Assembly: GCA_976551045.1 (NCBI GenBank)
Contig: CDPCPM010000056.1
Span: 29,760,001-29,824,000, forward strand
Length of the DNA stretch: 64,000 nt
Direction: 5' to 3'
Source: Glaucostegus cemiculus
Taxonomy: Eukaryota
The position numbers and the translations under genes are program-made. Within the stretch, counting starts at the first letter, position 1. Each line of letters starts with the position of its first letter. The notes below the pieces were generated by a model. The model made no database searches and had not been told where the DNA came from. It saw only the letters and a list, made by a program, of their open reading frames with translations. Of the stretch, positions 52,643 through 64,000 are shown piece after piece.

Positions 52643-54461
52643 AATAAAACTGATTCTGATTCTAAAGTTAGCTGGGCAAAATTACTTGGAACTGTTTCTT
52701 ATTCAGTCTGAAGCAGACCTTCTAACACCATATTCTCTTCAAAACAAACTGCCCTCTATTGATTCTTTATTTCTTCTGCCTATTAATCTCCCCATTGTCC
52801 CTTAAATTGCTTCCTAGAGCTACATTTTAATCAAACATCTTCTTCTTCAGCTATATTTCACCTCCATGTGTGTTATTTGCTATCTTCTATATAATCACTA
52901 CTAAAACTTTTTTTTGATTACACCAACATTAAAGGCACTGCATAATTGCAAGTTATTATTGCAATGATCACTTCGGATAGAATCAGTCTCTTCAAGGAGT
53001 CTCAAGAGACTGCCACCTTCAGCAACTGTGGTGTACCAGAAATGATAACCATTCTGTTTTTCACACCAAAAAATAAATTAGGCAAGATAATTTACTAACC
53101 TATTATAAGTTTATGATTTGTGGAAGAGACACAAGCAGGAGCAGATCAAGTTTGGTTGCGGGTATGCTGAGTTGCAGCAATGTTCCAAGTAATTAGTTGG
53201 TGCAAAAAAGAAAGTTTCTCAAAGTACTAAGTATTGTAATTATAAGTCTGAATTTCAATTACCATATTGAGTGTTTTGTGGTGTCAATAGAAGAGCTGAA
53301 TGGTCAACTAGTAGCAGCACATGTTCTGTTAAGTAAAGGAAAGTTGGTCGGTTTTTCAAAAATAAGGAAAGTGTTTTGTTTTTTTATTTCAAAGAAACTG
53401 TGCAGAGACCACAGTTTGCAGTTGTCTTTCCCTATTGTGGTTTAGGAGTCATAATTCAAACCATACTGAGCTGTAAACTGCCACGTTTCCAAGCTCAGCA
53501 TTCCTGTCTAATCTCCACACTGCCATATACTGTTCCATATGCAGTGTTAGGTGTAAGGTCTTCATTTAGGGAAATCATTCCCTGTGGGCAGTGCTCAGAT
53601 ACAATGCAGAAAGCAGACTTTGTGGCAGCTGAGATGATTAGACCTGACCCTGTTTGAAAATGCTCTGTACAGTACTTCCATCTCAAAAGAAATTTGATCA
53701 CTTACTACACTATATACTGCTTAAGCCTGACTACTGGCAGTCACGCAACCACTTATATAGTACTCACATCACATGCAAAAGGAAATCCATATTCATTTTG
53801 AAATGCAGTGTGTTAATTGTCCATCTCTACATCTCTCTCTATTAACCCAAGTTCACCAGATTGCTCCAAGATACATGGTAAGTTGAATATTAACTCTTTA
53901 ATTAGCATAAGCCCTGAAATTCTTCAAGTAAGGTAAATCTAGAATCATATTGAAGAACTCCTGTTTTTGTTTAAAAAAGACAGAAATTATTAAGTTGATT
54001 TGTTTGTCCTTGCTGTGTATTTTTAATATTAGTCTTAAGATAGTAAATACCTGAATTTACCATCATAAAGGAACAACATGCTTGTAGCAAAAGGATTTTA
54101 GATCTTGATGGCATTTAGTTCCAATTACTAACAGCTTTTCATGACCCCATTTTGAGAGGTGTAACTGTATAATTCTATCATATTATGCTCCAAACTTGGA
54201 ATGTAAAGCTGCTTGGTTATGCATGCACTACAAAGACCCAAAGTACAAATGTTCAAAATTAACTCTTCACATTTAATCTATTCAACAAATAACTTCAACC
54301 TGACAGCATATTTGTAAATCACAGCTTCATAGGCCTCAGATACAGTCAATCCCATAAAAGTCACATCATTTACACTTTGGAGTGCAGATGAATCAGGGAG
54401 ACCTGCATATCTGATATTATTCTCATACATCAGTAGAATTTAGTGAGCATAACAACACAAT

Positions 54462-54720
54462 GAATGGGAGCAGCTGTAGGCCAAATTGCACCTTGAGTCT
54501 GATAGGTGGTCTTAACTCCACTGTCCTGTTCAATCCCTATAAACCTGGATTCACTGTAATTGAAAAAGAATCTATTTCAGTTTGCATATTGGAAAACGAT
54601 TCAGCACCCACTGCTGTCTGAGCAGAGAATTCAAAAGATTCACAAACCCGTGAGGAAAAGAATATCTCTTGCCTGTTTAGGTAAAAAGTTGTAGCCCCCA
54701 AACCAAACTTTATACTGGGG
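54462..54720 (-). mobile_element. CR1 LINE 3' end fragment
   Basis: ggagcagctgtaggccaaattgcaccttgagtctg ... cagagaattcaaaagattcacaaacccgtgaggaaaagaat. Confidence 0.65.
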
Positions 54721-55897
54721 TTCATGAAGGCAATAGCTGCTTTTGTCCAAAGTAATCCAAACCTCACTGAAATCAAGGGAATTGTAATCACTAATTATAT
54801 TACTCATTTAATAAAGTAAAATTTGATGAATGTAAAAACTCCTGAAGGGAGCTAGGATAGAATCAAGAGTGGAAACAGTCATGGATCCAATAATTTACTT
54901 TAGCCTCTCTTAAGTACACCAGTCACTCTCCCTCACAATATTAGTCCCTGTCACTCTATATTTCTTATCTCTTTCTCATGCCACGATCTTCTATTGGAGT
55001 TAACCCAGATTTTTAGTGATTTATTTTGTATAAGCACATGAAAATGCCCAACCAATGTAATCCAGGTGCAGATATCCTGTGAGTGGATAACACGAGAAGT
55101 GGCAACTAACAAGAAATAGTATATTCTGTAGCAGCATTTGTATTGTAGTCTTCCTTCCATGCTCTATATCCACAGAATTAGCTAGCAAAGAGCAAATACA
55201 AGAAACACATGCTATTCTATGGTAACTGCATCCAAAATATAAATTTCTCTGAATTCAAAAACTTTTATTGCTCTGGACTAAGTGATAAAAAAACAGATAA
55301 CTGCTGGGTAAAGAATTAGAACTCATGCACTCTCCAACCACTCTGGGTTCTAAACAGAACCCATGAGGTTCAACTGTGCAGTGATTTCTGACTATCTTCT
55401 TGGCTATTCTTAAATCACCTACTAAAGCATTTAAACCATCTTTGTGTGGACATGGTATCAGCTGTACCAGCTGTATTTAATGTGTGTTTGGTAAAACATT
55501 GTGGCTATCTAAGTTAACTTTATTTTTGGAGTCTCTGCTGCTCCTCTCCGCTGTAATCCAGGGGCATCAAGAGAATTGCATGTTCTACCTATAGTAAACA
55601 TTAAATAAAGGTACAACTTTAATGAACGTTTTACACATCATATTAAAGATTTTGCTAGTTTTTTAAACTGACAGTGAATGAAAACTAATGATTGCAACAT
55701 TCTTTAATCCAATCAGATCCTAGGACAAGAAGCCATTGCCCTTCAACCATATTCTCACATTATCTCTGCACTGTATCTTTGACAAAAGCAAAAGGATCGA
55801 ATTCAACCAAAGCAAATTATGTGGAGCAGATAGAATGTGCCAGTTTCCAGCTGAAATAACCAATTTGAATATTTTATATGAATAATTGCCTCTTTTT

Positions 55898-56140
55898 GTC
55901 ATACTCCACAGCTCCAGACTCTATCCCTATCACTTTCCACGACAACTATAGACACTTCCCGTCAATCTCCAAAGCTCTGGACACACCTATCACTCATCAC
56001 AGTTCCATGTGCCTTCTGTCATTCTCCACTGCTCCAGTCACTCCCTACAGCAAGAAAAATGCCAATCATTCACTAAAGCTCCCTAGTTTACATGCCACTC
56101 TCCATGGCTACATACTTTTCACGTCACTCTCCAGGCTTTG
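55898..56140. repeat. Decayed ~28-31 bp tandem repeat
   Basis: Recurring tca(c/t)tctccacagctccag-like units, e.g. tcatactccacagctccagac, tcaatctccaaagctctggac, tcattctccactgctccagtc. Confidence 0.55.
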
Positions 56141-56169
56141 TTTCTAAAATTGGTAAATTTACAATTTTA

Positions 56170-56716
56170 CCATGAGGCACCATCCTTACACCCTAAAGTC
56201 TCTCCACTATTTACAAAGTACAAGTCAAATATGCTCTGTTTGCTTAAATGAGTGCAGCTCTACCCTTAAACATCTGGTGCCATCTAGGACAAAGCAGCCT
56301 GCTTGACTGATAACCCATCCAACCACCTAAACATTCATTCTCTCCATCATGGATGCACTGTGTACCATTTATAAATTGTAAGGCCATCACACACCTTGAC
56401 TGCTCCAAAGGTACCTGTCAAATCCACAAACCCTTCCACAAAGAAGTACAAATGCTTCAGATGCATTGGTACATCTCCATCTGCATAATTCCCCTCTAAG
56501 TCGCACACAATCCTGATTTGGAAATATATCACCATTCTCTCATCACTGGCTATAAATCCTGGAATTCCCTATCCAACAGCATTGTGGGAGCACCTTCGCC
56601 AAAAGGACTGTAGCGGTTCAAAGTGGTTTCTCACTGCCATCATCTCAAGGGCATTGAGAGATGGGCATTAAATGTTCACTTTACCAGTAATGCCAATATC
56701 TCAAAAAATGAATAAA
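56170..56716 (+). mobile_element. 3' end of CR1/L2-group LINE (same family as 33840-34680)
   Basis: ggacaaagcagcctgcttga ... aaatcctggaattccctatccaacagcattgtggg ... ggttcaa...ctcaagggcattgagagatgggcattaaatg. Confidence 0.8.
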
Positions 56717-58097
56717 TTTTTTAAAATATATAAGGAGAGGGGGATTTGTTATTCTAGAGTACCCATAAAAGAAGCCCTCGCATGAAATTGTGAATTTACA
56801 ACCCATGATTTTTGAAAATTAACACCAAATGACAAAAGATCTTGTGGCAAATTCAGATTACACTTCTTCTCTGGAATAAATTGCATGGTATTAGTGAGAG
56901 AAAGAGAGATAAAGTGAGAATCAGTTTACAAAAGGTGCAAAGAGTTGGAAAAAAATAAAAGAGGAGAATCAATGAAAGCAAAGCTTAGGGATCTATAAAA
57001 GTAAATGTACACACTTGGTTATGGGAAGTCAAGGATAAAAGTTCTAAAATCAGAAAATGGAATATGAGAACGCAGATTTAGAATGCAAATTACAGTCAAT
57101 TTTAAGAAAAAGGAAACTACTTCGAAAAAGTTTTTCCTTGCTCCAGAACATCAATTTGTATTTAAACATTCTTGAGGCACTGCTGCACAACACCTAATGT
57201 CAGTGGAGCCATCCATGTAAAAACAATGAAAAGAAAAGATAATGCAAACAGTAGTAGCAAAGAAATTAACTCTAATTGCTTGAGCCATCTGGAGTTGCAA
57301 GAACACAAGCATTTAAGTATGAATAACTAAAGAATGCACTTTACACAGCATTTTTAAAATGGCAACAGAAAGTTTTCCTGTCACAACAGTGCTAAATTTA
57401 ATGTCTTCCTAAAGCAGAAGTAAATGTTGCCATAAAGAAATACAAGATTTTCTGGTAAATAACCTTCAGGCACTGTCCCAGTATAAATCCTCACATTTGA
57501 GGTGAAACGGCAGCAGACAAGATGCCATTCAAGATAAACCACTTCTTTCTCTTCATTCTTTCATTTATCCAAATCACTGTTATTACCTTTGGATGTGATG
57601 TTACATTAAAGTTACCATCAGTTTATTTTGAGGTTTTGTGTGGTAAGAGATTAGGTAGCCACAAATGCAATGTTTAATGTGGACTTAATTTGATGTACAA
57701 CACCCAGTATCTTTCAATGCTCACACACATCTGTATGAAATATAAGTGGTTAGCTCACACCCAAGTGCAGTTTTTTTCCTGACATAAAAGTTTCCAGCAT
57801 AAAGTTGGACAAATCTGTGAAAAGATTCAAGCTAGCAATTGAGATAAAATGAAGATGGAATTTTCTATCTTAAACCCTGATACAGTCCTCCTGGAGGAAT
57901 CAGCTCTTGTAGATGTTTACTGTACTCCTTACACTTCACAAAGTATTGCAATGATTGAACCAATGTCCTCCTGAAATATCTAGTCCAAATCCTAAATTTT
58001 GCCACCAGCGCTCAGTGTTGCCCTTTGTTAGAATTTAAATTGAATGAAAATCTGAGCTGGATCCTGTGAAGCTATACTGAGCAAATGTGAAATAGCG

Positions 58098-58190
58098 CAA
58101 CTGCAGGAAATCAGAAACAAAAACAGCAGGTCAGGCTGCTTCTGTGGAAAGAGAAGCAGAGTTGACATTTCAAGCTCATGATCTTCCTGC
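58098..58190 (-). mobile_element. Penelope-like terminal fragment
   Basis: cagcaggtcaggctgcttctgtggaaagagaagcagagttgacatttcaag. Confidence 0.7.
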
Positions 58191-59510
58191 AAAACAGAGG
58201 CTAAATATCCATAGAAAATTATCTGCAGTTGACAGTGTGGCAGCAGGTTGCACTCTGCCTTCAAAATTTATTCCATTGACTTTAAGGGAATGAATTTCAG
58301 AAGCAAAGTACATTGCACTGACTGGACAATACAACATGCTTAGCTCTATTGCTGGGGGATGAACTTCTGGGCAATAATATTTTCTTTGCGCTGTTAAAAG
58401 CAGCAATGCTTGAACTCAGCTCTTGGTGCTTTCCAAGAGCATTTACAGTCATTTCACTTACTTAACAAAGTAAGGAACATAAATAGTTAATAAAATTTGG
58501 TCTTTTCCTTGCTCCTGATGCCTAGTTTGCCTTCTCATGTACAGCTAGGTAGACATAAGTTCAGAGAATGCCTGTCATGTCACCCGTTATATTCTGGCTT
58601 TGGCAAAGACATGGGCAAAATATACTCCATACAATTTGTGGAAGTATTTGTAAAGTGAATACGAGCATTGTAAATCAGAACACAATTCTTAATCTGAAGT
58701 GTTTAATGTTTCGTGCTCTATTGAAGAGGGAAACTGAACAAATTTTAAAGATTTTCACACTGGAATGATCGACTTTATCTTGGGCTATCATATATCCACT
58801 GGTTTGCCAACACTGTTATTTCACAAAATGGACAACAACTAATTCTTTGCAAACTAATTCCTTCATAACTTTTAATCCCTTTTTAATTACAAGATTTAGC
58901 AATTTGATTACCTGTCTTGGCTCTTACACAAGCAAGTGTCAGATTTATTTTGTCTATCAATACAATTTAATTTTAGAGAAACCATCCCTTTAACTACAGT
59001 ACATATTAATGCTTGGAATTATTTTAGAAACCCAGAATATTTTTACGTATGAAATCAATCATTCTGGATCCCTACCCTCTTTGCATTTCGCTCAGTGAAT
59101 GAAACAGATCACATAGTGAAAGTCTTTATATTTTGTGTTATTTTTACTCAAATAACTTTTAGGTTTCTTGTTATCTTTGTTCATTTGGGAATCCTATCAA
59201 ATTTGAGCAAGGTGTGGGTTCCTTTTCCAGGATTTCAGTACATATTCTGGACTGTCACTACCACAGTAACCAGGAATCTTCATACTCTCAAACAGCAGTG
59301 CCCTTCAAATTCTACTGAATAGCCGAATGATTTTGTGAGCTACTCACTAGAATTTCCCTGAAAAAAATGACCATGATTTTCCTTCTCAGCCCTCTATTTA
59401 TTTCAAATATGAATGGGAAGAAACAACTGGATGCAGGCAAAGGTATTCAATGGCCTGTAATGCACATGCCTACACATAATACAGGAAATATACATTACCT
59501 ATCACTTAAG

Positions 59511-59803
59511 ATAAGATCTTTATTAGTCACATGTACATCAATACACACAGTGAAATACATCTTTTGCATAGTGATTTTGGGGGGCAGCCCACAAGTGTCG
59601 CCACGCTTCTGGTGCCAACATAACATGCCCATAACTTCCTAACTTGTACGTCTTTGGAATGTAGGAGGAAACCAGAGCACCCAGAGGAAACCCACACAGA
59701 CACAGGAAGAACGTACAAACTCCTTACAGACAGTGGCCGGATTTGAACCCGGCTCACTGGCGCTGTAAAGCATTGTGCTAACCACTATGCTACTGTGCCG
59801 TCC
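59511..59803 (-). mobile_element. V-SINE with Rex1/Babar-like 3' tail
   Basis: Same tRNA head and V core as 11308-11546, but tail tttcactgtgtgtattgatgtacatgtgactaataaagatcttatctt; acttaag occurs on both flanks (59504-59510, 59811-59817). Confidence 0.88.
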
Positions 59804-61189
59804 ACAAATTACTTAAGTAATTTTCAATCATGAATGCGGACCTTGTTGATGAGCTTCTCATCCATAAGCAAATCTTCACAAGCATTGGAAGGCTAGTTTT
59901 TCCTAAGGTAGAGGGAATCTTCCTGACATCGGCCAGACCGTGGAGATTGACATTGGGAACCAGCTAGAGGTAAACTCACTTTAAATGAAAAGCTTATTCT
60001 CCCCTCAGAAGATTTTCCTTGGGCAAACTATAAACCAACACCTCACTTACAATCCGATCATCCCCAGTCTGAACATTACTCTGATTAACCACCAAAGAAT
60101 TTCTAGGCCTGTTCTTTAAAGTTCTCCAGCCATTAACCTAGAACTGTGTAACAGATCATGTTTAAAACAAGGATTTGTATTGGAGCCAATATTATTTCCT
60201 CAAATAACATTCTCCCCAATAGGGTTACTTGGTTATTTAGTCAAGCACAATATTTACCAATAGATCAATCTATTACATTTGCCAAACATGGCTCAGAGCT
60301 CTTTCAATGAATGGCAAGATTTATGAAGGCAGCTTTTTGTAAATTGGGCACCTCTAGAATCATCCTCTCATAACCACCTTCATGTGTCAACTCAGAAAGT
60401 GAATGTAGATCAGCTGAATGAAGGTGAAAGGCACCCACAACTGAGCTAAAGCAGACCTTACATGATATACATGAATTATATTTGTCTAGGTGGATCATTA
60501 TCAGACACCCTGATGAGGAATTCCCGCCACACCCCCGCGCAGTGAAGCCAGTTGAAACTAAATTACTATCCAGGCTGAAATGAGCTCAAGAAAAACTGCT
60601 AACTTGTAAAGCAATAATAGTGTTACACTAATAGAGGTTGCTCTTTGTGGCTTGATTAACCAAAGAAACCTAATGTAAATCTTTAGATATAATGGGAATG
60701 TTTTAGTTAAGCTCACTTAAATATAGGTCTTAATTTATAAGGCTGAATGGAATTTGTTGTGGTTTAGCAACACACAGTTTGATTTTACTGCAAAGACAGA
60801 GAGAGAAAAACTTAACCCTAGTGGAATTTTGGAGTTATAACCGTGTTAACATAAGAGCTTGAATGAGGAAGCCAAAAAGGTGTTTGGTGAAATGCAATTT
60901 TGCATTTCACCAGATGCCTTGGTTTTCAGATACAAAGTGGGTGACTTGGATCTACGTGACATTGTAAAGACATCAAAGGATGAAGCCAGCTGTCAAAGGT
61001 TTCCAGAAGAGTTTCACAGACAGGGATTCTTCTGGACTTCCCACATATCTCAGTTATTTTGTTCCACCTGCACAGGTCTCACTGCTCAGCTGCAGGGTGG
61101 CCTCAGCCAGCGAGATTATCTCCGTGGATCTAGCCAGGTAAGTTCAGAGCAATGGGGATTGTGGGTCATTAGAGTGATGATAACAACAT

Positions 61190-62190
61190 AAAAGTTATCA
61201 TACAGGTGCAGAAAGCAATCAGGAAGGCAAATTGTGTTTACTGCAATAAGTCTGGAGTACAAGAGTAAAGATATCTTAATTCAATTATATAATGCCATAA
61301 TGTGACTGCATCTAAAATAGTTAAAGTAGCTTACAGGGCTGCTCTCCCCACCTAAGGAATGATATACTGCAAGGAATGGGATGAAGGTTCATCATAACAA
61401 TCGTTGGGGTCAACTGGGGGGGATAGGGTTGTTCTTAGAGGAAAGATTGAATAGACTGGGCCTATTCTCTCCTAAGTATATAAGAATGAGATGTGACAGT
61501 ACTGAAGCAAGCAAAATTCTTAGAGGCCTTGACAGGATAGACACCAAGATGATGTTTCCTTTGGATCACGTTAGCCATTTAGGACTGAAATGAAAAGAAA
61601 TTTCTTCTCCCAGATGGCAGTAGGTTTATATTTTTTTTAATTTTATTTACAGCATGGTAACAGGCCCTTTTGGCCTAAGAGTTCGCACCGCCCATTTTTT
61701 TTAAACCCCCCAAATTAACCTACCCGTATGTCTTTCAGAATGTGGGAGGAAACCGGAGCACCCGGAGGAAACCCACGCAGACACGGGAGAACATACAAAC
61801 TCCTTACAGTCAGCGAAGGGAATCCAACCCCGATCACTGGCACTGTAGCGTTGCGCTAACCGCTACGCTATTGTGCCGCCCAAACTCTTGAAACTCTTGA
61901 AGTTCTTGAAACACACCTACCCAAAAGGATCGTGAAGGCTCAATTGCTGAGCTTATTCAAGACAAAGATCAATAGATTTTCCAAGTCAAGTTTATTGTCA
62001 TATGCACAAGTATAGTGAGGTACAGATACAATAGAGAACTCGCTTCAATAATATCCTTATTTTTGGGAAGTAACAGATATTAATTGAGATAATCCAGAAA
62101 TATGGTCCTGAGACAAACAGACAGCTGCAATTTTATTGAATGACATAGCAGATGCTGGGGGGCCAAACAGCCTACTGCTTCTATCTCTTA
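61190..62190 (+). mobile_element. Old CR1 3' region interrupted by a V-SINE and a short Rex-type tail (61982-62045)
   Basis: Track ORF 61381-61593 EERLNRLGLFS...KILRGLDRID; terminal ggggccaaacagcctactgcttctat. Confidence 0.75.
61630..61881 (-). mobile_element. HE1-like V-SINE with CR1-type tail
   Basis: Closely similar to the 11308-11546 copy (V core gaatgtgggaggaaaccggagcacccggaggaaacccacgcagac on plus strand). Confidence 0.92.
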
Positions 62191-62529
62191 TGATGTTGCA
62201 CATTTTGATAAGATAAAACAGTATACCTTTCCAAATCCCAGCACCTCCACAATCAAGGAATGGAGCAGAGCTGACAGTCTTCAGCTATTGCACTTCAAAA
62301 GATATTTTGGTTGTCTGTGTAAGCCAGTGTTACCTTACTGTGTGCACATCGGGCAAGAAACAGTCACTGGGAGGGTCCACAATTCCAATGCTTCAATGCG
62401 ACGGGAAGTCAGTTATATGGGCAAATGTACTTTGGAGAGAAGCCAGTGCTGCAGCCCGGAATAGGTGACTCATGCACTGCACCATCATCATAAATAACAG
62501 AGTACCTTTAGATAATAAGCAGAAATATC

Positions 62530-62618
62530 CTGATGAATGATATATCAGAAATGTTAACCTATCTTTCCATTTCAGATGCTAATTGGTCTTCTGCACATTT
62601 CCAGTATTTTCTTTTTTT
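62530..62618 (+). mobile_element. Penelope-like terminal fragment with hammerhead-like core
   Basis: CTGATGA-a-tga-tata-tca-GAAA-tgttaac...cagatgct...atttccagtatttt. Confidence 0.65.
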
Positions 62619-63059
62619 CACACCATGGATGCAGATATTTTTCAACTAAAGTTTTCACAGACTTCTTCGTAAGAGTTTCACTAAAATAGATCTAAAAAAG
62701 GATTTGCTACTTTGAGCTCAATATAAATCCAAATGACTTAACCACTGAATGATTATGAAGTGACTAAAGGGAAACAATGGATGAAAAGAAATTAAATTTT
62801 GAGGTATTGTGAAAAAAATTTGAACTAAAACCATTCAAGTTGTGATCATGTAGTTCTGAGTAAACTAGTACTGAACTCTAAAAACCAGAATTAATAGGTT
62901 TAATACAAGACAGCAAATTTCAAGCAGCTTTATCTGAAGAATGATTTGCTGCACAAAATGCATCTGGGTAATCCTCACATTAAGTTTTACTGAAGGAACT
63001 TGGGCACTTAATGGCCTATTGCAAAATCTGGAAGAATTTTGCTTCATAAAGTTAATCTG

Positions 63060-64000
63060 GATGTTGGAAATCTGAAATAAAAACAGAAAGTGCTTAAAAC
63101 ATGCAACATGTCAGGCAGCTTCTACAGAGAGAAAAATAGAATTAACATTTCAGGTCAATAACATCTTATCAGAATTAGAAAAGTTAGGAATTAAACCTAT
63201 TTGAAGTTCCATAAAGAATAAATGGAATGTCATTGCTAGGGTGGTGAAGGTTTATTTGTCCTAGCTGATCCATTTGGAGAAAGTATGAATATAGGGACAT
63301 GAATAAGATAAGAGTAAAATTGCTGGACTTGTGAGATGCAGACATTGTGTTTGCTAGAAATCTGAAGTAAAACAGAATAATTAAGTACTTAACATGTCAG
63401 GTGGCATCTGTGGCGAGAGAAGAACTGAGTTAATGTTATAGGCTGGTGATCTACATCATAACTGGTCGGTTCCGATACAAACTGAAATGGTTGATTATCT
63501 GAAATTACTGAGTTTAATTTTGAATCCTGAGAGCTACAACATACCTAGAAGAAAGAAGAAGTGTTCTTTAACCTGCATTGGGCTTCAGAGTAAACTTACA
63601 GACTGAACAAAGCTGTTCTGCAAAGTGGTCACCCAATTTGCATTGAGGTTGTCCAACATAGAAGAGGCCATGTCATGAGCACCAAATGCAATACTCTAAA
63701 TTGGAGTAAGTGAAAAATTGATAACTGTTTCACTGGAAGGAGTGTTTGGATCCCTGGATGGTGAGAAAGGAAGAGGTAGGTAAAGGGACATGGGAAAGTG
63801 CAGAGAGGAAAGTAATTGTTGATGGTTTCCACTCTATCAATGACAATACCTCCACTCTTCCCTCTTCTCTGCAGCCAAAAATGTTTTTTTCTACTTATCC
63901 CCATTCTGATGAAATGCCATTGATCCAAAACTTTGTTTCTCTTTCCACATATGCAGTTTGACCCACTGAGTACTTCCAACATTTTCTGTATTTGCTTCTT
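63060..64000 (-). mobile_element. Penelope-like retroelement relic: two tandem terminal repeats, GIY-YIG endonuclease remnant, inverted terminal copy at window end
   Basis: Minus strand ~63600-63710 translates SNLEYCIWCS*HGLFYVGQPQCKLGDHFAEQL (GIY-YIG pattern YxIxCxxCxxxYIGET...RFxEH); terminal repeats at 63060-63180 and 63350-63460, inverted copy at 63905-63995. Confidence 0.8.

Noticed and set aside
59806-59823. Perfect 18-bp palindrome aaattacttaagtaattt
   Set aside because: AT-rich and coincides with the SINE flank/target-site sequence; no further evidence of function.
59908-59969. Plus-strand exon candidate GRGNLPDIGQTVEIDIGNQLE
   Set aside because: Short pyrimidine tract, weak donor (gtaaac), no recognised homology and opposite strand to the better-supported exons; not excluded without RNA data.
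60510-60560. CTGATGAG...GAAAC as a hammerhead core (also 24472-24484)
   Set aside because: No credible stem II pairing between the boxes.

Overview
This is AT-rich, CpG-depleted vertebrate genomic DNA. The repeat complement (CR1/HER1-type LINEs, HE1-like V-SINEs, Deu-domain SINEs, Rex1/Babar, RTE, L2 and Penelope-like fragments) points to a cartilaginous fish, probably a ray/batoid; this is inferred from remembered family consensus sequences, not from a search. There is no intact long gene, rRNA, tRNA gene or CRISPR array, and nearly all track ORFs are chance ORFs or LINE debris. The window looks mostly intronic. The best non-repeat signal is a phase-compatible set of minus-strand exon candidates: a start-codon exon (26918-26870, MDFPSWPLSKSAECLL) next to a YY1/E-box/CCAAT cluster, a 53-nt internal exon (19321-19269, V-ADEAGTAMPTPTNLGPQ), and a possible second alternative first exon (7468-7316). 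I could not identify the gene. Also notable: Penelope-derived fold-back elements with hammerhead-ribozyme-like cores (one abutting the 53-nt exon acceptor), a V-SINE whose 3' tail resembles a Rex/Babar LINE rather than CR1, a CpG-retaining 57-nt hairpin, paired G-rich/C-rich tracts, and several enhancer-like unique blocks. Repeat boundaries are approximate, estimated by eye.
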